From contig SUUS01000004.1 of the NCBI GenBank assembly GCA_015062395.1, forward strand, positions 18,943 through 82,942: DNA of 64,000 nucleotides. Reading direction: 5' to 3'. Of the stretch, positions 58,136 to 64,000 are shown one piece after another. The first letter of the stretch is position 1; each line of letters opens with the position of its first letter. The notes under the pieces were generated by a model that was not told where the DNA came from, ran no database searches, and was given only the letters and a program-made list of their open reading frames with translations. The translations under genes and the position numbers were made by a program. The DNA is from Alphaproteobacteria bacterium (GTDB lineage: Bacteria > Pseudomonadota > Alphaproteobacteria > CAAHEQ01 > UBA3637).

Positions 58136-59596
58136 ATGAGTGAGATAAAAGAAAATTCTAATATGAGATTACCACCACAAAGTTTAGAAGCAGAACAAGC
58201 TTTGCTGGGGGCTATTTTGACAAATAATCGAGCAATGGAAAAGGTCGATGAATTTTTAAAGCCAGAACATTTTGCTTCTGATGCGCATGGTAAAATTTTC
58301 AAAGCCTGTCAGACTTTGCTTGAACGAGGTCGTTTAGCCGATCCTATTACGTTAAAGGATTTTTTCTCTTCTCAAGGAACTTTGGATGATGTTGGTGGGG
58401 CTGATTATTTGTATCAGTTGGCATCCTCATCGACGACAACAATTAATGCTGGTGATTACGGAACACAAATTTTTGATCGTTATATGAGACGACAACTTAT
58501 TGGATTGGGAACAGATGTTGTCAACGATGCGTTTGAAATTTCTTTGGATAATTCTGCAGTCAAGCAAATTGAAAACGCTGAAAAAATGCTTTATGAACTG
58601 GCTAATGAAGGCGAATTAGAAGGGGGACCAAAGCCATTAAAAGAAGGGGCATATGATTTATTGTCTATGACACAGGAGGCAATGAATAACCCAAATGGTG
58701 TGGGGGGCGTACCTACTGGATTGGTTGATTTGGATAGTTTGTTGGGTGGATTAAGAAAATCAAATTTAATCGTTTTAGCAGGACGTCCTGCGATGGGTAA
58801 AACGGCATTAGCTACGTGTATTGCAGCTAATGTTGCGCAACATTTTAGAGAAGAAAATAAGAAAAATGCAGAAAAAAAATCTGTTTTGTTCTTTTCTTTG
58901 GAAATGTCAATGGCAGAATTGTTAGGACGTGTTATTTCTAACTATACTCAAATAGAAGGACATCGCATATCTTCTGGAAAAATTGAGCAAGCAGAATTTG
59001 AAAAATTGGCAGAGGCAATTAAAGATATTAATGATTTGCCTTTGTTGGTTGATGAAACGCCTGGTGTGACGGTTAATGCGATTCGCAATCGAGCCAGACG
59101 GATTAAACGTGATAAAAGTCATGGTTTGGGGCTGATTGTTATTGATTATTTGCAATTAATTCAAGAAAGTGGTCGGGCAGAAAATCGTGTTCAGGCTTTA
59201 TCAGAAATGACAAGAACTTTAAAAATTATGGCAAAAGAATTGGATGTGCCAGTTATTGTTTTATCGCAGTTAAGCCGCTTGGTTGAATCCAGAGATAATA
59301 AACGACCTCAATTATCGGACTTGCGCGAATCAGGTTCTATTGAGCAGGATGCAGATATTGTGATGTTTGTTTTCAGGGAAGTTTATTATTTGATGAACGA
59401 ACAACCAATACAAAAAGAACGCGAAACAACCGAAGCATTCCAAAAACGTTGTCAAGAATGGGAACAGAAAAAAATTGATTTAGAAAAGCAAGCTGAAGCG
59501 ATTGTCGCAAAGCAACGTCATGGTTCAACAGGGACAGCTAAACTGTACTTTGAAGGAAAATATACGTACTTTGGTAATTTAGCAAAGCAAGATTAA
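58136..59596 (+). CDS. dnaB: Replicative DNA helicase DnaB
   Basis: N-terminal ..PPQSLEAEQALLGAIL.., Walker A GRPAMGKTA, ..IVIDYLQLI.., ..SQLSRLVESR.. Confidence 0.95.
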   Translation: MSEIKENSNMRLPPQSLEAEQALLGAILTNNRAMEKVDEFLKPEHFASDAHGKIFKACQTLLERGRLADPITLKDFFSSQGTLDDVGGADYLYQLASSSTTTINAGDYGTQIFDRYMRRQLIGLGTDVVNDAFEISLDNSAVKQIENAEKMLYELANEGELEGGPKPLKEGAYDLLSMTQEAMNNPNGVGGVPTGLVDLDSLLGGLRKSNLIVLAGRPAMGKTALATCIAANVAQHFREENKKNAEKKSVLFFSLEMSMAELLGRVISNYTQIEGHRISSGKIEQAEFEKLAEAIKDINDLPLLVDETPGVTVNAIRNRARRIKRDKSHGLGLIVIDYLQLIQESGRAENRVQALSEMTRTLKIMAKELDVPVIVLSQLSRLVESRDNKRPQLSDLRESGSIEQDADIVMFVFREVYYLMNEQPIQKERETTEAFQKRCQEWEQKKIDLEKQAEAIVAKQRHGSTGTAKLYFEGKYTYFGNLAKQD

Positions 59597-59955
59597 CTAT
59601 CTTGTGGTGCTTTTTCAGAAAGGTCAAAATTTGGTAATTTTTCTGTGATGACGACGGGGACAAAATAGTCAGTGACAATGTCTTGTGTGGTTAAGTTTAC
59701 TTCAAACATTAAAACTTTTCTTCCTTGCTTTAAAATAATCTGTGCAACTTCGTTTAAATAATCTAATATAATGCTTTCAGTTGGCTGGCGATAAAATAAA
59801 GCATGTTCTTTTCCATCATACAAAATTCTGGGGTGAAAAGGGGTGCTTCCTTCTATGAATGGTATGACAATAATCAAGTCCCCTTTTTCATTAAAAAAAG
59901 TTGTGTACGATTTCATTTGTTGCATTTTAACGTCCCCCAGCCATATCTTTTGCAA
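59593..59955 (-). CDS. Hypothetical protein
   Basis: 120 aa with no recognised domain. Overlaps its neighbours at both ends. Confidence 0.35.
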   Translation of the reverse strand: MQKIWLGDVKMQQMKSYTTFFNEKGDLIIVIPFIEGSTPFHPRILYDGKEHALFYRQPTESIILDYLNEVAQIILKQGRKVLMFEVNLTTQDIVTDYFVPVVITEKLPNFDLSEKAPQDS

Positions 59956-60874
59956 TCAAAGCGCCATCAATACCAATGGATGCCACTGTTCCAAATCCAG
60001 GGAAACAGCTGACAACGCCAGAGGCAAATTCCATTCCAGCACCCGTCCAATCGTTATTTAGAGCGCGATTGATTGCAAAACCTGCACCGAATAAAGCTCC
60101 TATAATAGGGATTTTTTTTGCTCCCATTTTAAGGGTTGCCATTGTTGCTAACTTTGCCCCTGTTTTTTTCATTGTTTCTGTACCAATTTTTTCAACCAAT
60201 TTTTTACTTAATGGAAGACGTCCTGCTTTTTGAGCAGTGCTTTTTGCTACAGAAACAGTGTTTTGCGCAATTTTAGGAATGGAAACAGCTGTTTTTTCAG
60301 CGACTTCTTCAGCCAGTCTTTTGGATGAAACTTCAGCTGTAGCTTCTGCTAACGTACGAGTTGCCGTTTTTGTTTCCAACGCAATACCTTGTTTAGCTAG
60401 TTCTTCTTCAGCTAACTTTTGGACGATTTTTTCTTCGCCAGTTAGAATGTTTTTTACACCTTGAATAATACCACCAGCAGTGCCCCGTTTGACCATGTGT
60501 TTTTGCATCAGTTCATTGCGAAGTACGCCTGGCGTTCTGTAATAAGGTAAATCAGCTTCGCTTGTTGCACGAACTATTTTTTGAACTGCATCAGGCATTT
60601 CTTTTTGAAACTCCTTAAAACCACCCAAAATTGGCGCACTTTTTTTCAAGCAGTATTCAATGGCTTCTTCTTGAGTTTTTCCACTGATACCTTTTGTTTG
60701 TAAAAATTTGTTAAATGCATTGGATTTTCGGATGCCGACATTCATTAAAAATTCCCGAGCGATTTTTTCGTCTTTTTTAGCTGCAGAACCTAAAAAAGCT
60801 GAACACAGACTGGGAAACGCAATAGCTCCTAATGCAGGAAATGCAGGCGTTCCGATCAATGATGCTGTAGCCAA
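59927..60874 (-). CDS. Hypothetical Lys/Ala/Glu-rich protein with a C-terminal glycine-zipper membrane segment (TTG start in the ORF track; probably the 3' part of a frameshifted gene)
   Basis: 315 aa. The C-terminus reads ..IPIIGALFGAGFAINRALNNDWTGAGMEFASGVVSCFPGFGTVASIGIDGALIA. No RBS before the TTG. An RBS-equipped upstream ORF runs into it in another frame. Confidence 0.5.
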   Translation of the reverse strand: MATASLIGTPAFPALGAIAFPSLCSAFLGSAAKKDEKIAREFLMNVGIRKSNAFNKFLQTKGISGKTQEEAIEYCLKKSAPILGGFKEFQKEMPDAVQKIVRATSEADLPYYRTPGVLRNELMQKHMVKRGTAGGIIQGVKNILTGEEKIVQKLAEEELAKQGIALETKTATRTLAEATAEVSSKRLAEEVAEKTAVSIPKIAQNTVSVAKSTAQKAGRLPLSKKLVEKIGTETMKKTGAKLATMATLKMGAKKIPIIGALFGAGFAINRALNNDWTGAGMEFASGVVSCFPGFGTVASIGIDGALIAKDMAGGR

Positions 60875-61012
60875 AGCGCTGATATTTTAGGATGTCTTGT
60901 TATCCCATGTAAACAGCGCCCAATTAAATTTCGAGCAGCCTGTTTTCCAGCATAGGGTTTTCCTAGCTTGCTTTTTAAAAATTCATCGTATAATTTTGAC
61001 GCTTCGCTCATT
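60857..61012 (-). pseudogene. 51-codon ORF with a strong RBS that overlaps, in a different frame, the start of the 315-aa ORF (candidate frameshift site ~60875-60890)
   Basis: GGAG lies 7 nt before ATG at 61012. Translation MSEASKLYDEFLKSKLGKPYAGKQAARNLIGRCLHGITRHPKISALWLQHH* ends inside the next ORF. Confidence 0.4.
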
Positions 61013-61118
61013 TTTAATCTCCTATTTTATTATTTTAGCATAAAAAACATTTTTTTTCAAATATCTATTTGATTTTATAGGTGTGATTTATTAAACTTTA
61101 AGAAAAAGGAGTTTGAAT

Positions 61119-61541
61119 ATGGTCTATGAATTGAAGAAAATAAGCGTTATTTTTGTTTTTCGCAAAGCAGATAAATTTTTATTTGTGAAAAGAGAAAATA
61201 CAGGAAAGTGTGATGGATATTATATGTTGCCAGGTGGACATGTTGATGAAGATGAAACTGTTTTAAATGCGTGTGTTCGAGAGCTAAAAGAAGAATTAGA
61301 TATTCATGTCAATACATCTGATTTACGTTTTTGTTTGGTTGAACCTACCAAAACGCATATTCATTTATTTTTTGAAGTTTTATCTTATGAAGGAAAAATT
61401 AAAAATAACGAACCTCATAAACATAGCAGTGTCGATTTTTTAACTTTGGATAATCCTGAAATTTATCCAACGGTTGTTGATGAGCTAAATGCCATTACAA
61501 AAGGATGTTCTTTTATTGAAAATGCCCAGTTGCATTTTTAA
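61119..61541 (+). CDS. Nudix hydrolase
   Basis: Nudix box GGHVDEDETVLNACVRELKEELDI. AAGGAG lies 7 nt before the ATG. Confidence 0.8.
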   Translation: MVYELKKISVIFVFRKADKFLFVKRENTGKCDGYYMLPGGHVDEDETVLNACVRELKEELDIHVNTSDLRFCLVEPTKTHIHLFFEVLSYEGKIKNNEPHKHSSVDFLTLDNPEIYPTVVDELNAITKGCSFIENAQLHF

Positions 61542-61593
61542 GTTGAAATAACCTTGCAAAGCTGGTATAATAATAAGAACGGAGGATTGGATT

Positions 61594-62778
61594 ATGGCAA
61601 AAGTAAAAGACGATATTGCATATATTTGGGACGGGATAAAAATGTCTGCTTCAGAAGGGTGGACAGACGTTAAGGTGGCAAAGGGAAAAGTCCTAACGGG
61701 TGCAGTCAGTTCGATATATAGAGGTTTTTCAGCTTTAGGTTCTGGAATGAAGCAGGGGATGGATAAAAGTTTAATTCAGTATATCCCTAAAGACGATTTG
61801 GCGTTCATGAAAGAAAACAATGTACATCTTTATTCGTCAGACAGGACGACTTTAGCTGGGCATCAAACAGCTTTGAATGCTATCGTTATCAATCCAAAAT
61901 CATTTAAAGAATTAAATAATAATGCAGCATGTGAAACGTATGCACATCATGAGGTCCAACATGCTAGAGATATAAAAAAGTTGGAAAAAAATGGCTTTAG
62001 TGCTACAGATTTAGGACATGGTGGTTCTGGTATTTCAGGATTGGATAGGTCGTCTCAATTATTATTACAAGGCGTTTTAGAAGCCAGAGCTTATTCTGAA
62101 CAAATGGGTTTTATATACGATAAAAAGCAAAAAGAAAATTCAGCTGAAAATAGAAATGCGTATTATTATTTCGTAGATACCAATTCATATGGAAAGGCTT
62201 TTGATGATGCTATAAGACAAGGAAAAACAACTTCAGAGGCAAAACGAGCTGCAGCTGTAGAATTATTAAATAGCGATTTTTTAAAAAAGAATTATATAGA
62301 ACCTTGGGCAAACAAGCTAGAACAAACTGGAAAGCATAAATTTTCAGTTGATGGTTTATTGGGCGTTTTGGGTGAAGATTTATTAACAAAAGAAGATTTG
62401 ATGAAGGCTGATAAATTTTGGGAAAATATATCGGCTTATGACGATGTGAAAAAAAGTGATATGTATTTGGAATACCAAGCTCAAAAACGGGCAAGGGATT
62501 ATCAAGAAAAAAAATTGGCAGAGAATAAAACAGATGCACAGATACAAACGTTAACGCCACAAGACAATATGAAAAATGAACAGCAAATGGGGTTAAAAGC
62601 ACGTTTATCAGCTCTAGAAGTTGAAAAAAATACATCTGTTGCGCAACAAGAAAGTACAACATCATTAAAAGATTCTTTGAAAACAGCTTCTGTTGCAAAC
62701 GATTCTGGCAATAATGCAGGAACGAATAATGCGCCAACAGCAGTTCAAATTGCATCTGCAGGTAGTCAGGGGCGATGA
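61594..62778 (+). CDS. Hypothetical protein with an HExxH motif (possible zincin-like metallopeptidase)
   Basis: 394 aa. ..CETYAHHEVQHARD.. Otherwise no recognised family. C-terminal Gln/Ser/Asn-rich low-complexity region. Confidence 0.5.
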   Translation: MAKVKDDIAYIWDGIKMSASEGWTDVKVAKGKVLTGAVSSIYRGFSALGSGMKQGMDKSLIQYIPKDDLAFMKENNVHLYSSDRTTLAGHQTALNAIVINPKSFKELNNNAACETYAHHEVQHARDIKKLEKNGFSATDLGHGGSGISGLDRSSQLLLQGVLEARAYSEQMGFIYDKKQKENSAENRNAYYYFVDTNSYGKAFDDAIRQGKTTSEAKRAAAVELLNSDFLKKNYIEPWANKLEQTGKHKFSVDGLLGVLGEDLLTKEDLMKADKFWENISAYDDVKKSDMYLEYQAQKRARDYQEKKLAENKTDAQIQTLTPQDNMKNEQQMGLKARLSALEVEKNTSVAQQESTTSLKDSLKTASVANDSGNNAGTNNAPTAVQIASAGSQGR

Positions 62779-63569
62779 TTTTGGGCGCAAATATAAAAAA
62801 TTTTATGTTTATCTATGGTTCAACTATCAGGCGATTGCTGAAGTATTCGTTTATTTTTTTTGTTGCTTTGTGGGGCGTTTGGAATTATTTGGGCGTTAAA
62901 AGATTTGTATACCAGAGTTTTTTTGGAAAGCCTTATTCAGAAGAATTAGCAATTTCAGATAATGAGGTATATATTGATTTACCAGAAGACAGTTTTCGTA
63001 CAACAACAATAGCTGGACACCGTATAAAGTTTAAGTTATTAAAAATATATCAATCAACAGGTCGTGTTATTTACGTGGACCGATATACAAATCCAATTGG
63101 AAAATCTTTTCGAGATGCTGATGAAAGTGGTACTACCAGAATATATGATGAAGTAGTTCCTCAAGATATTACATTTGTTGTTGGTGAGTTTGCAAAACAT
63201 CCTAAAATAAAAGGCAGCCATGAATACCGTTCAGGAGGTCTTGACTATGATGATGAATATACTTATGGGATTTATAGAAAATATGCCCATTTATACGATA
63301 CGCATTTGACAAATATCCATACAATTGCTGCTTCTGCGGCTGTACAAAAAGGGTTGGATATTTTAAAAGCAGGGGATGTCGCTACTTTAGAAGGATATCT
63401 GATTTATTGGGAAACACGTTTGCCTGATGGATATATTATGGATTTTAAATCAGCAGTTTATGCAGGTGAAAAACATACAAAGCAAAAGTACGGAGGTATT
63501 TCTGGAGTGGGTTTGTGCAAACAATTACTGTTAACAAAAATTGTATTTGACGGATACACATTCGAATAA
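62775..63569 (+). CDS. Hypothetical protein with an N-terminal TM anchor, translationally coupled to the HExxH protein
   Basis: 264 aa. 4-nt overlap with the upstream gene. Confidence 0.45.
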   Translation: MILGANIKNFMFIYGSTIRRLLKYSFIFFVALWGVWNYLGVKRFVYQSFFGKPYSEELAISDNEVYIDLPEDSFRTTTIAGHRIKFKLLKIYQSTGRVIYVDRYTNPIGKSFRDADESGTTRIYDEVVPQDITFVVGEFAKHPKIKGSHEYRSGGLDYDDEYTYGIYRKYAHLYDTHLTNIHTIAASAAVQKGLDILKAGDVATLEGYLIYWETRLPDGYIMDFKSAVYAGEKHTKQKYGGISGVGLCKQLLLTKIVFDGYTFE

Positions 63570-63613
63570 CCAAATCCTTTCGAATTGTGTAAGTTTATCT
63601 AGGTTACGTTTTT

Positions 63614-64000
63614 TTACGTATTTGCTTTTTGTGCGTGTTGCAACAAAGCTTTTGATATTTGTTTTTTTTCTGGTTCTTGTTTGCTTGTAAGCGTTTCTTT
63701 TAATGAGCTTTTAGTTCCTTCCAACTTTTTCATCATTTTATTGGGTAGCGTATGGATTCCACAGACTAAAGAATCGCCAAGGGGTTTGAAACCATGTTTT
63801 TGCATTTGCGCTGCAATTTTGTTTTTATTTTTCGATAGCTTATAAAAAAACAAGCCTGCACCAGCGCCTGTGACCAATGCGCTTGCCATAATGGCTGGAA
63901 TGGCTATTGGACTGGTAATTGCTACTGCCGTTGATGCCAATCCTGCAGCAAGTAAACCAGCAGGAACGCCAACCTGAATTGCTTTTGCTGCATCTTCATC
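63614..64000 (-). CDS. Hypothetical glycine-zipper membrane protein (5' end beyond the window)
   Basis: The reading frame stays open to nt 64000 (..VGVPAGLLAAGLASTAVAITSPIAIPAIMASALVTGAGAGLFFYK..). The ORF track starts it at an internal TTG at 63940. Confidence 0.45.
   Translation of the reverse strand, partial: DEDAAKAIQVGVPAGLLAAGLASTAVAITSPIAIPAIMASALVTGAGAGLFFYKLSKNKNKIAAQMQKHGFKPLGDSLVCGIHTLPNKMMKKLEGTKSSLKETLTSKQEPEKKQISKALLQHAQKANT

Overview
This 64 kb window looks like a low-GC (roughly one-third G+C by eye) bacterial chromosome segment, probably alphaproteobacterial. The lineage guess rests on three things: an ATP-synthase F1 operon in atpH-A-G-D-C order separate from any F0 genes, an IalB-family protein, and FtsZ with a long C-terminal linker. 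The lineage guess is inference, not a database result. Most of the window is housekeeping: gatA(partial)-gatB; an AsmA-like giant envelope protein plus a cytidylate-kinase-like gene; trkH; tatD; tcdA; uvrD; lemA-TPM; lolE/lolD; dnaE; tsaC/sua5; the F1 ATPase operon; rlmN-ialB-mltG-rsmB; a near-complete division/cell-wall (dcw) cluster rsmH-ftsL-ftsI-murE::murF-mraY-ftsW-murG-murC-murB-ddl-ftsQ-ftsA-ftsZ on the minus strand; dnaB; and a Nudix hydrolase. No rRNA, tRNA, CRISPR array, transposase or integrase was recognised.

The non-ordinary content is a dispersed set of type-IV-pilin-like genes:
(1) An 831-aa gene (2014..4509, -). Its product has a prepilin-type N-terminus (..G|RSMLEM..) followed by an EGF-like CxCxxGW..C module, further Cys-rich modules and two very long poly-Ser linkers (~45 and ~66 Ser). 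It carries a C7 homopolymer inside codons 11-13, and a strong sigma70-like promoter sits upstream.
(2) A tandemly duplicated ~0.9 kb pilin cassette (two paralogous ~137-aa pilins, MKKEYG|RSMIEML.., with near-identical 5' regions and identical hairpin terminators).
(3) A 433-aa pilin-N-terminus protein with a co-oriented upstream 278-aa gene.
Two of these pilin loci are each flanked by a copy of a ~140 bp hairpin-rich palindromic repeat element (an 'atgacgt' family) found nowhere else in the window.

Other unusual points:
- Three consecutive genes (a TPM domain protein and two unrelated polytopic membrane proteins) all end in the same FGGGGASGRW tail. The DNA encoding that tail also contains the RBS and ATG of the next gene.
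- An F1 delta subunit reduced to its C-terminal domain and fused in frame to alpha, together with a gamma subunit carrying ~70 extra residues.
- A MurE-MurF fusion ORF, with murD and mraZ absent from the dcw cluster.
- A lolE-X-lolD-Y arrangement with inserted membrane-protein genes.
- A likely frameshifted gene at ~60.9 kb.
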